Part shown: in pieces, positions 20,055-28,446 of the stretch
Layout: every line of letters begins with the position of its first letter
How positions within the stretch are numbered: position 1 is the stretch's first letter
Assembly (NCBI GenBank): GCA_001512495.1
Contig: LFRU01000032.1
Span: 45,765-109,764, forward strand
Source: Syntrophothermus sp. DTU052
GTDB lineage: Bacteria > Bacillota > Syntrophomonadia > Syntrophomonadales > DTU052
DNA length: 64,000 nucleotides
Direction of reading: 5' to 3'
Notes under the pieces: generated by a model
What the model was told of the DNA's origin: nothing
What the model saw: the letters and a program-made list of their open reading frames with translations, nothing else
Database searches by the model: none
Program-made: the position numbers and the translations under genes

Positions 20055-22229
20055 ATGATATCAATTACTTTTCTGCGAGACTACCTGAGAAAAACCATAT
20101 TCAGTAGGATGGGACGCCAGGTCTTCATTTACTTGGGTTTTTTTCTTCTGGTGATCTTTATTATTTCCAGCAACTTTATGGGGGCCCAGGTGGACCTTAA
20201 GCCAGGTCAGATCAGCCCGCGAAACATAAGATCGCCTCACACTGCCATCATTACCGATGAGGCTCGGACCAAGGAGTTGCAGGAAAAAGCGGCCCAACAG
20301 GTGCGCAAGGTATACCGGGAGGATCGGGAGGCCCTGGCGGAGGCTGAACAGGATGTCAGCGATTTTCTGGCTCAGGTTAACGGGATCAAACAAAATGAGG
20401 CTTTGACCCGGGCGGAGAAGATAAATCAGCTGCAGGTTCTCGTGTCAGGCATTATTGACACCTACGACCTGGAAGGTTATAAATCATCTGAACTGGCAGC
20501 CTATCTGGCCGATGCCGGTGAAGATGATATGGTAAGTGTTAAAGAGGGTACACTGCTTACCCTCAACCGTCTGATGAGTCAGCCGATTACGGAGGAAGCA
20601 CTCCCCACCGTAGCTGCTCAGGTAAAGGAACGGGCCGAGATGCTGTCCTATCTGCCCCAGGCACGGAATGTGGTAGAAGTAATGACCATCATGGCCTTGA
20701 GACCGAATCTCATCTACGACGCTGCCGCTACTGATGAGGCGATTGAGGAAGCGGTAAAACAGGTCCTGCCGGTGCAGCGGACCATTCAACAGGGGCAGAT
20801 GATAATCCGTGAAGGGGATCCGGTTACCCAGGAGCATATCGACATTCTTAAGCAGCTCGGGGTGCAGCGTTCCGCCAGCCTGGGGGTAACCCTGGGAGGG
20901 GTGGCTATGTTTGTGGCGATGATATTCATGCTGTCCATTGCCTACCTGAGGATGTATCACCGCGATATATTAAAGCAGGGTCGGCTGATGATGTTACTGG
21001 GGCTGATATTTGTTTTGATAGTAGCCATTGCCAAGGGGATAATGGTTCTTCAAATCGGAGACCGGCCGGAGATCAATGCCCTGGTTGGTTATCTCATCCC
21101 GGTGTCAGCAGGTTCCATGCTGGTAGCAATACTTTTGAACCCCCAGGTTGCTTATCTCTTTACCTTCGTGGCGGCTGTTTTTGTGGGGATGCTCAGTCAG
21201 GGAACCCCGGTCCCATTTGTAGCCAATGCTTTTGTGAGTGGTGCAGTCGGGGTTTTATGGGTGAGCCGGTTAAACCAAACCGGTGATCTGGCCAGATCAG
21301 GCCTTTATATAGCAGGGGTTAATACCCTGACGATTATTACCATGTCGATGCTGTATACCGGCATGACGGGTACCATGATTTTGACCGGCGTCTTTTTTGG
21401 CATCCTGAACGGTTTTTTATCGGCCATCCTGACAATAGGACTGCTGCCGTATCTGGAAACGGTTTTCTCGGTAACCAGCATGGTAAAACTGCTCGAATTG
21501 TCAAATCCTAATCAGGAACTGCTGAGGAAACTGCTGGTTGAAGCCCCCGGAACCTATCACCACAGCATAATGGTCGGCAATCTGGCCGAATCAGCGGCTG
21601 AGCGCATTGGCGCACATCCGCTAACGGTGAGGGTGGGGGCTTATTACCATGATATCGGCAAGCTGAAGAGACCCTACTTTTTTGTGGAGAACCAGCTGGC
21701 CAGCGATAACCCCCACGAGAAAATCGCTCCCAGTTTGAGTGCCCTGATTATTACCTCACATATCAAGGACGGAGTGGAAATGGCTCGTGAGAAACGGCTG
21801 CCGCCTCAGATAATAGACTTCATCGAACAGCACCACGGCGACAGCCTGGTTAAGTACTTTTACAGCCGGGCACTGGAGGAGGACAAGGAAGGTAATGTGA
21901 ATCAGGAGACCTTCCGCTACGAAGGACCCAAACCACAGAGCAAGGAAGTCGCTCTGGTGATGCTGGCCGACTCAGTCGAAGCTGCGGTCCGCTCCCTGCA
22001 AGATCCAACGCAGGGAAGGATAGAGGGTATGGTTCGCCGGATAATCAAAGAAAGGCTTAATGATGGTCAACTGGATGAATGCGACCTTACTTTCCGCGAT
22101 CTGAACATAATCGCCGAGAGCTTTTCCAAGGTCCTGACCGGAGTCTATCACAGCCGCATCGAATACCCGGAAACGCTGGCGCGGGAATTTGAGGGGGGGA
22201 AGGGTGAACATGAAAGTAGCGGTAATTAA
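20055..22229 (+). CDS. 7TM-receptor HD-domain phosphohydrolase (YqfF/PgpH family, c-di-AMP phosphodiesterase-like)
   Basis: 724 aa. Extracytoplasmic N-terminal domain, seven TM helices and a C-terminal HD domain (YHHSIMVGNLAE...YYHDIGK...HHG). Confidence 0.87.
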   Translation: MISITFLRDYLRKTIFSRMGRQVFIYLGFFLLVIFIISSNFMGAQVDLKPGQISPRNIRSPHTAIITDEARTKELQEKAAQQVRKVYREDREALAEAEQDVSDFLAQVNGIKQNEALTRAEKINQLQVLVSGIIDTYDLEGYKSSELAAYLADAGEDDMVSVKEGTLLTLNRLMSQPITEEALPTVAAQVKERAEMLSYLPQARNVVEVMTIMALRPNLIYDAAATDEAIEEAVKQVLPVQRTIQQGQMIIREGDPVTQEHIDILKQLGVQRSASLGVTLGGVAMFVAMIFMLSIAYLRMYHRDILKQGRLMMLLGLIFVLIVAIAKGIMVLQIGDRPEINALVGYLIPVSAGSMLVAILLNPQVAYLFTFVAAVFVGMLSQGTPVPFVANAFVSGAVGVLWVSRLNQTGDLARSGLYIAGVNTLTIITMSMLYTGMTGTMILTGVFFGILNGFLSAILTIGLLPYLETVFSVTSMVKLLELSNPNQELLRKLLVEAPGTYHHSIMVGNLAESAAERIGAHPLTVRVGAYYHDIGKLKRPYFFVENQLASDNPHEKIAPSLSALIITSHIKDGVEMAREKRLPPQIIDFIEQHHGDSLVKYFYSRALEEDKEGNVNQETFRYEGPKPQSKEVALVMLADSVEAAVRSLQDPTQGRIEGMVRRIIKERLNDGQLDECDLTFRDLNIIAESFSKVLTGVYHSRIEYPETLAREFEGGKGEHESSGN

Positions 22230-22680
22230 CCGGCAGACCGCGTGTAAGTGGGAAGATACTTACGAATCTCTCATCCGCAAGGCTGTTGACCAAGTAGGCA
22301 GGATGTGCCGGCTGTCGCCGGATTGTGAGGTCAACGTGGTCATTGTGGATGCCGATGATATAAAGGAATTGAATTGTGTTTATCGGGGAGAGGACAGGGT
22401 AACCGATGTCCTGTCCTTTGGTATGATGGAAATGCATGAGGATGAACCTGAATATGAAATTCCCGAACCCGACAATATGCTGGGAGATATTGTAATATGT
22501 ATGGAGAAAGTATTGGCCCAGTCAGAGGAGTACGGCCACACCCCGCAGAGAGAATTGGCCTACCTGACTGTACATGGGATGCTGCATCTCCTGGGCTACA
22601 ATCATGAAGATGAGAGTGAACGGACTTTGATGCGTTCTATGGAAGACAAGCTTATGGAAGGATTGAACCTGCAGCGGTGA
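22210..22680 (+). CDS. ybeY: rRNA maturation endoribonuclease YbeY
   Basis: Metal motif HGMLHLLGYNHED. The ATG at 22210 follows an RBS (GGGGGGAAGGGTG). The ORF track starts 21 nt earlier. Confidence 0.92.
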   Translation: MKVAVINRQTACKWEDTYESLIRKAVDQVGRMCRLSPDCEVNVVIVDADDIKELNCVYRGEDRVTDVLSFGMMEMHEDEPEYEIPEPDNMLGDIVICMEKVLAQSEEYGHTPQRELAYLTVHGMLHLLGYNHEDESERTLMRSMEDKLMEGLNLQR

Positions 22681-23054
22681 AGTCGCGAAGTTTTTGGGCC
22701 AGCCTGCACGACGCTGTCTGCGGGGTGGTTTACGCTTTGGCTTCCCAGCGCAACATGAAGATACACTTGATTGCTGCTCTCCTAGTGGTCGCGGCTGGAT
22801 TGTTTCTGGGGTTGAACCGGGTGGAGTGGTCGGTGATCATCTTGACCGTCACCGCCGTTTGGGCAGCCGAGATAATGAACACATCGCTGGAGAAGGTGGT
22901 CGATCTGTTGAGTCCCCAGTATAATGTAGTGGCAGGCCGGGCGAAAAACATAAGTGCCGGGGCCGTGCTGGTCACTGCGTTGGGTGCAGTATTGGTGGGG
23001 ATAATGATCTTCGGCCCCCGGATAATACAATGGTTGGAGGGGTTTTCCCGGTGA
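22677..23054 (+). CDS. dgkA: Diacylglycerol / undecaprenol kinase DgkA
   Basis: 125 aa with three TM helices and the motif AAEIMNTSLEKVVD. The GTG start overlaps the ybeY stop. Confidence 0.88.
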   Translation: MKSRSFWASLHDAVCGVVYALASQRNMKIHLIAALLVVAAGLFLGLNRVEWSVIILTVTAVWAAEIMNTSLEKVVDLLSPQYNVVAGRAKNISAGAVLVTALGAVLVGIMIFGPRIIQWLEGFSR

Positions 23055-23443
23055 CAGATCTTGAATTGATGAAAATTGCTCAGGAAGCCAGGGAACATGC
23101 ATATGTACCGTATTCCGGGTTTAAAGTCGGAGCAGCTCTGTTAGACAGGAGCGGCCGGGTTTTTTCTGGATGCAATGTGGAAAATGCCTCTTTTGGACTG
23201 ACGATATGTGCAGAGAGGGTAGCCGTTTTTAAGGCCGTATCCGAGGGTCTTAGCCAGTTTTGCAGGCTTTTGTTAACCGGTGGTGAGGAAATCATCACTC
23301 CTTGTGGGGCCTGCCGGCAGGTTTTGGCCGAATTTGCGCCCGACCTGGTTGTGATCTGCGCTTCTGATTCCGGCATGATGGTCCAGTATGATCTAAAACA
23401 ACTACTCCCCCAGAGTTTTGCTCTGCAGCAGAGGGAGGATTAA
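23051..23443 (+). CDS. cdd: Cytidine deaminase
   Basis: Zinc motifs CAERVA and PCGACRQ. The GTG at 23051 is preceded by GGAGGGG and overlaps the dgkA stop (GTGA). The ORF track begins at 23030. Confidence 0.9.
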   Translation: MTDLELMKIAQEAREHAYVPYSGFKVGAALLDRSGRVFSGCNVENASFGLTICAERVAVFKAVSEGLSQFCRLLLTGGEEIITPCGACRQVLAEFAPDLVVICASDSGMMVQYDLKQLLPQSFALQQRED

Positions 23444-24328
23444 ATGGCGACCAAATCCGGGTTTGTCAGTATAGTCGGGCGTCCCAATGTCGGCAAGTCC
23501 ACTTTGCTTAACAGCATAATTGGCCAGAAAGTGGCTATTGTCTCCGATAAACCACAGACAACCCGCAACCGGATACAGGGGATTTATACCACCAGTAGGG
23601 GACAGGTTATTTTCATAGATACGCCGGGTATCCACAAGCCCAAGCACCAGTTGGGTGAGTATATGGCGGATATTACCTCTCGTGCTTTGCGGGAGGCGGA
23701 CCTGATCCTGTATGTGGTGGATGCTTCTGTACCTCCTGGTGTGGGGGAGGATTATATCATCAACAGCCTGATTAACCTTGAACCCTCTGTCTTCCTGGTG
23801 CCCAATAAAATTGACCTGGTTGATGAGAGTCAGGTTATGAACGTGATCCAGCGGTTGGGGACCAAGATGAAGTTTGCAGAAGTGATTCCGGTTTCGGCTG
23901 CCAGAAACCGCAACCTTGATCGCTTGGTAGACGCATTGTTTGACTATCTGCCGGAAGGTCCCCTGTATTATCCGGAAGGTGAGTATACCGATCAGCCGGA
24001 ACGCTTTATCGTCGCCGAGTTTATAAGAGAGAAAGCCCTCTATCTGACCAGGGAGGAAGTACCGCATTCACTGGCCGTAGAGATCGAGGATTTTGAACCC
24101 CGTAATAATTTGATATATGTACGGGCCACCATCTACACGGAAAGAGAATCCCAAAAGGGAATTGTCATCGGCAGGAACGGCTCCATGCTTAAAAAGATTG
24201 GTCAGATGGCCCGGCAGGATATTGAGAACCTCCTGGGGAGCCAGGTGTATTTGGAACTGTGGGTCAAAGTCAAAAAGGACTGGAGGAACAACGAGGTACA
24301 ACTCAGGAATTTGGGATACAGGTTTTAA
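23444..24328 (+). CDS. era: GTPase Era
   Basis: 294 aa. G1 GRPNVGKST, G3 DTPG, G4 NKID, and a C-terminal KH domain. Confidence 0.97.
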   Translation: MATKSGFVSIVGRPNVGKSTLLNSIIGQKVAIVSDKPQTTRNRIQGIYTTSRGQVIFIDTPGIHKPKHQLGEYMADITSRALREADLILYVVDASVPPGVGEDYIINSLINLEPSVFLVPNKIDLVDESQVMNVIQRLGTKMKFAEVIPVSAARNRNLDRLVDALFDYLPEGPLYYPEGEYTDQPERFIVAEFIREKALYLTREEVPHSLAVEIEDFEPRNNLIYVRATIYTERESQKGIVIGRNGSMLKKIGQMARQDIENLLGSQVYLELWVKVKKDWRNNEVQLRNLGYRF

Positions 24329-24340
24329 GGGGGGTACTCT

Positions 24341-24994
24341 TTGGATATCGCACCGGTTATTGATTCTACGCTGCTGAAAGCAGATGCTACCCGGGAGGAT
24401 ATCGTTAATCTTTGCCGCGAAGCCGTGGAGTTGAGTTTCGCGGCGGTTTGTGTCAACCCGGTAAGGCTGGAAACAGCCGTATCAGCTCTGCTGGGTTCGA
24501 ACGTGGCGCCCTGTACCGTAATTGCTTTTCCTTTGGGAGCGGTGAGTCCCGAGGACAAGGCCCGGGAAGCAGAAAGGGTTCTGGAGATTGGTGCCCGGGA
24601 GATTGATATGGTAGCCAATATTGGGGCGGTTAAAGATAGGGAATGGGCCGTAGTGGCCGAGGAGATACGCCAGGTCGCCCGGAAGGTGGAGGATGCGGGA
24701 GGTATCCTCAAGGTCATTGTGGAAACGGCTCTGCTGACTCGGCAGGAACTGGAGCAGATCTGTTACCTGGCCCGGGACGAGGGTGCGGACTACATCAAGA
24801 CCTCCACCGGTTTCAGCACCAGGGGGGTCAGCCTGGAGGATGTGCGGCTGATTAAGGGGTTTGTCGGTGATGATATAAAGATAAAGGCCTCGGGAGGTAT
24901 CAGGGAGTACCGGTTCGCTCTCCAGCTGCTTGAGGCCGGGGCTAACCGGTTGGGAGTCAGCAGTGCCCGGAACCTGTTAAAGGATAGTGTTTAG
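24341..24994 (+). CDS. deoC: Deoxyribose-phosphate aldolase DeoC
   Basis: 217 aa. IDSTLLKADAT, VCVNP, the catalytic-Lys context ILKVIVET and DYIKTSTGF...IKASGGIR. Confidence 0.92.
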   Translation: MDIAPVIDSTLLKADATREDIVNLCREAVELSFAAVCVNPVRLETAVSALLGSNVAPCTVIAFPLGAVSPEDKAREAERVLEIGAREIDMVANIGAVKDREWAVVAEEIRQVARKVEDAGGILKVIVETALLTRQELEQICYLARDEGADYIKTSTGFSTRGVSLEDVRLIKGFVGDDIKIKASGGIREYRFALQLLEAGANRLGVSSARNLLKDSV

Positions 24995-25117
24995 AACTGC
25001 AAGCAGATAAGATAATCCGCCCTGCCATTCCATTCCGTAAACGTCGAAACCATCGAACAGCAACCAGCCCTAAGGGGCGAGGAATAGAATTCCCAACATT
25101 ATTGCATAACTAGGGTT

Positions 25118-26128
25118 ATGATGAGGTTGGTCCTGCTTACAATAACGGCGGCAGCCACCTTTATAGCACTGGTTGTTAATGGTTTGGTCTCTTATCGCAC
25201 TCCGCTGGTGGCCGCGATGGTGGATGGTTACGGAGCGGCTGTTGCCAATCTGGCTCCGCTGGAGGTGATCCATCCGGGAGGTTTGCGGGATGGGATTCTG
25301 ACAGCGGAACACCAAAAACAGTTGGCGGAGGGCAAATGGACCGGACTGAACTGGAGAGAACTGCCGCAACATGAACAAAAACCGGGAACATTGGCGGTAC
25401 TGGCGGTAACCCCGGATGCTTCAGATTATGCTGCCATCGTCAGCGGGTGCCTGGAAAAGCGGATCAAGGTGGTGGCGGAGAGTTCGGGAATGGATGCCTG
25501 GCACACCACAGCCCAGGGGTGGGTCGGGTTGCAAAACCTGACCTCTGAGGTTCTGCGGGTGGTTGTTTTCGATGGCGGCCATCACCTGCCGACTCTGGGT
25601 TTACAGCCGGACCTGCTGATTGTACCCGTAACCATGGGCTATATCGCCCACGGCCATACCCGGGATGCCATGAGGGTGGAGGAACTACTGGCTATACTTG
25701 AGCGTGAACAGATTGAATGCCCGGTAGTAGCCGTGCCCCGCTGGGGACTGGTGAAAACCACCGCGTCCATGAACCGAATTGTCATCCGCGCCCTCGCTTT
25801 GGTGGCGACTGGGGACGCAAGGCACTTCCAGGAGGGAGAGGTTCTCGGATCCCGCTGCACCAGGTACCGCAAGGCATCATTCCTGTATGTTAATTATCTC
25901 CAGGGAACGGACTGGGGTTGGTTGGAGTCCGCCAATACGGACCATGTCGAGCGCGTATACCTGGCGTTCAATTACGACCTGGTCAGGCGGGAGCAGGCGG
26001 AAGAGGTCATAAAAAAACTCAAAGGGTCAGGGCTGCAGGTGGAGTTGGCCAATGAGCCCCTCCATGTAGCCGGGATTATCATTCGGGGAGGCATGAGATG
26101 TATCAGCGCACGGATGCCCTGGTACTGA
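25118..26128 (+). CDS. Hypothetical membrane-anchored protein (no recognisable domain)
   Basis: 336-aa ORF with one N-terminal TM helix (LVLLTITAAATFIALVVNGLV). It is co-oriented with era and recO and overlaps the recO start by 31 nt. Composition looks protein-like, but I can assign no motif. Confidence 0.6.
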   Translation: MMRLVLLTITAAATFIALVVNGLVSYRTPLVAAMVDGYGAAVANLAPLEVIHPGGLRDGILTAEHQKQLAEGKWTGLNWRELPQHEQKPGTLAVLAVTPDASDYAAIVSGCLEKRIKVVAESSGMDAWHTTAQGWVGLQNLTSEVLRVVVFDGGHHLPTLGLQPDLLIVPVTMGYIAHGHTRDAMRVEELLAILEREQIECPVVAVPRWGLVKTTASMNRIVIRALALVATGDARHFQEGEVLGSRCTRYRKASFLYVNYLQGTDWGWLESANTDHVERVYLAFNYDLVRREQAEEVIKKLKGSGLQVELANEPLHVAGIIIRGGMRCISARMPWY

Positions 26129-26859
26129 AGTCATTTGATTTAAGAGAGACTGACCAGATCCTCACGATTTTTTCTCGGGAGTTGGGCAAAATACCGGTAG
26201 TGGCCAAAGGGGTGAAAAAACCCCAGAGCACGCTGCGCGGACTGGTGCAGCCTTTCTGCTACTCCCAGTTTTTCATTACCCGTTCCGGGGAGATGTACCT
26301 GATTACCCAGGGCCGGATTAATGAGTTCTTTGGCAATATCCGTGAAGACCTGGATAAGACCCTGCAGGCCATATACATCCTGGAGCTGCTGGATAAGAGC
26401 ACGGTGGAGCGGGACCCGAACCCCCCCCTGCTCGATCTCACTCTTCAGGTCTTGCATTATATGAATGACAATCCGGCGTCTTCAATATATCTGCGGTTTT
26501 TTGAGGTAAAGCAGCTCGGGCTGGTTGGTTTTGCTCCCGTGCTCAACCGGTGCTGTAACTGCCACCAGACCGACCACCTTAACTACTTCAGCCCGGGCGA
26601 GGGAGGTGCGCTGTGCAGTGATTGTGCCTCGAGAGTAGGGGGTAATCGAGTAATGCCGGCCACCCTGGCGGCGCTGCGCACCCTGCAGCAGGGCGGGTTG
26701 AAGATTATTCCCCGCATGTGTCTTTCTCCGGCGGTGCTGGAGCAGATGGAGAAGATAATGGAGGATTACCTGGAATTCTACCTGGAAAGAAAGCTGAACC
26801 TCAAACAGGTCATGAAAACCCTAAAGGCGCCAAAGGTGTCAAGGGGACGGTTCTCTTGA
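26098..26859 (+). CDS. recO: DNA repair protein RecO
   Basis: 253 aa. OB-fold N-terminus (DALVLKSFDLRETDQILTIFSRELGK) and a zinc finger CCNCHQ...CSDC. RBS GGGGAGG. The last 8 codons and the stop fall inside the left inverted repeat of the adjacent element. Confidence 0.92.
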   Translation: MYQRTDALVLKSFDLRETDQILTIFSRELGKIPVVAKGVKKPQSTLRGLVQPFCYSQFFITRSGEMYLITQGRINEFFGNIREDLDKTLQAIYILELLDKSTVERDPNPPLLDLTLQVLHYMNDNPASSIYLRFFEVKQLGLVGFAPVLNRCCNCHQTDHLNYFSPGEGGALCSDCASRVGGNRVMPATLAALRTLQQGGLKIIPRMCLSPAVLEQMEKIMEDYLEFYLERKLNLKQVMKTLKAPKVSRGRFS

Positions 26860-27234
26860 CACCATTTATGATTAAGGTGTCAAAGGACGGCAGGCCGTGT
26901 GAAGACTGGATTTGTTTCGTAATTATTATGCGTGCCAAGCACCTTCGCCGTCTTGCGGCTCGCTCCAATGTTCTTCGCCTACATCCCCGCAACTCGTTTC
27001 TTTGGGCGGGACAGCCGGCATATACGGCATCCATCCCGCAGTGCCGGTATTTCGCCATCCGTGGCGAAATAGTCCCGCCCTGGACTCAGAATAACTTCGT
27101 TGGGGAATGTAACGGCTCGTCACAACGTCACAACGTCGCTCACTCGCAAGCTAGCGAAGGGGTGTCAAAGGAACCGTCCCCATGACACTAAGGTGTCGAA
27201 AAGGTGTCACGAGAACCGTCCCCCTGACACCTTT
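26832..27234. repeat. MITE-like element: 32-bp terminal inverted repeats flanking a structured non-coding core
   Basis: The left end aaaggtgtcaaggggacggttctcttgacacc (26832-26863) matches the reverse complement of the right end (27203-27234) at 30/32 positions. Extra partial or full units occur at 26876-26890, 27161-27188 and 27192-27200. The core has nested helices: gggcgggac/gtcccgccc at 27004-27012/27072-27080, and atttcgcca/tggcgaaat at 27049-27057/27062-27070. No credible ORF. Confidence 0.7.
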
Positions 27235-27241
27235 TACGTAA

Positions 27242-27271
27242 TTGACAATCGATCCTTACGGTTGCTAAACT
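27242..27271 (+). promoter_or_regulatory. Putative sigma-A promoter of the glyQS leader
   Basis: TTGACA (27242-27247), an 18-nt spacer, then TAAACT (27266-27271), just upstream of T-box stem I. Confidence 0.5.
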
Positions 27272-27284
27272 TTAACTAAAATTC

Positions 27285-27503
27285 ATACCTGCGATGAAAG
27301 AGCAAGTAGGCCTGGAATACCTTCTTGCAGAGAGCCGGGAGGGGTGGGAACCTGGTAGAAGGAACGGGTTGAAAGGCACTCTGGAGCAGCGGGAGGAAAG
27401 CCGGAAAAGGTTAGTAAAACCCGATTTATGAGAGGGCGTTACGCCAATCAGGGTGGAACCGCGGGCCAAGCTCGTCCCTGCTATGGGAACGAGCTTATTT
27501 CTT
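27285..27503 (+). promoter_or_regulatory. T-box riboswitch leader, glycine specifier (GGC)
   Basis: Stem I start tgcgatgaaagagcaagtag. Specifier-loop context gaaaGGCa (GGC at 27375-27377). T-box motif AATCAGGGTGGAACCGCG (27446-27463). Terminator aagctcgtccc...gggaacgagctt followed by atttctt, ending at 27503. It lies directly before glyQ. Confidence 0.9.
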
Positions 27504-27519
27504 ATAGGGAGGAATCGAA

Positions 27520-28446
27520 TTGGCGTTAACATTTCAAGGAGTAATCTTAACCCTGGAAAAATTCTGGGGAGATAAGGGGTGTATTATTCAGCAGCCCTAT
27601 GATGTGGAAAAAGGTGCGGGAACTATGAATCCGGCGACCTTTCTGCGCGCTTTGGGTCCCGAACCCTGGAACGTAGCTTATGTCGAGCCGTCACGACGGC
27701 CGACCGACGGTCGTTACGGGGAGAACCCCAATCGCCTGCAGCACTACTACCAGTACCAGGTGATCCTGAAACCATCACCGGATGATGTACTGGAGCAGTA
27801 CCTGGACAGCCTCCGCCAATTAGGAATTGAACCGGAAAAGCACGATATAAGGTTGGTGGAGGACAACTGGGAGTCACCTACCCTTGGCGCCTGGGGCTTA
27901 GGCTGGGAGGTATGGCTGGACGGGATGGAGGTAACCCAGTTTACCTACTTCCAGCAATGCGGAGGGTTTGATTGTTATCCCGTATGTGCGGAAATAACAT
28001 ATGGTATTGAAAGACTGGCCATGTATATACAAAACAAGGAGAGCGTTTACGACATCGAGTGGATTGAAGGAATAACCTACGGTGATATTCACCACCAGGG
28101 GGAGATTGACTACTCACACTACAACTTCAATGTGGCTGATGTTGAGACCCTCTTGACCATGTTCCAACTTAGTGAACAGGAGGCCCTGCGGGTATTGGAA
28201 AAGCGATTGGTTCAACCGGCCTATGACTATGTATTGAAGTGTTCCCACCTGTTTAATCTCCTGGATGCACGGGGAGCCATCAGCGTTACCGAGAGAACCG
28301 CCTATATCGGCAGGATTCGCAACCTGGCCCGCTCCGTTGCCAGGGAATATCTGGCACAGCGTGAGAGGTTGGGCTACCCCCTGCTAAAGGATGCGGCCCG
28401 CCGGGAACTTCTGGGATTGGATAAAGGGGGGAAAGTCAGTGAATAA
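27520..28446 (+). CDS. glyQ: Glycine--tRNA ligase alpha subunit
   Basis: 308 aa. [48 protein letters not shown] is highly characteristic of GlyQ. TTG start after GGGAGG. Confidence 0.97.
   Translation: MALTFQGVILTLEKFWGDKGCIIQQPYDVEKGAGTMNPATFLRALGPEPWNVAYVEPSRRPTDGRYGENPNRLQHYYQYQVILKPSPDDVLEQYLDSLRQLGIEPEKHDIRLVEDNWESPTLGAWGLGWEVWLDGMEVTQFTYFQQCGGFDCYPVCAEITYGIERLAMYIQNKESVYDIEWIEGITYGDIHHQGEIDYSHYNFNVADVETLLTMFQLSEQEALRVLEKRLVQPAYDYVLKCSHLFNLLDARGAISVTERTAYIGRIRNLARSVAREYLAQRERLGYPLLKDAARRELLGLDKGGKVSE

Noticed and set aside
26718-27185. ORFs 26718-27185 (+), 26810-27058 (-), 26912-27094 (+) and 26926-27123 (-) across the recO 3' end and the inverted-repeat element.
   Set aside because: They are mutually overlapping in several frames, lack RBSs and are Arg/Cys/Pro-rich. 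They are better explained as chance ORFs in a GC-rich structured repeat element.
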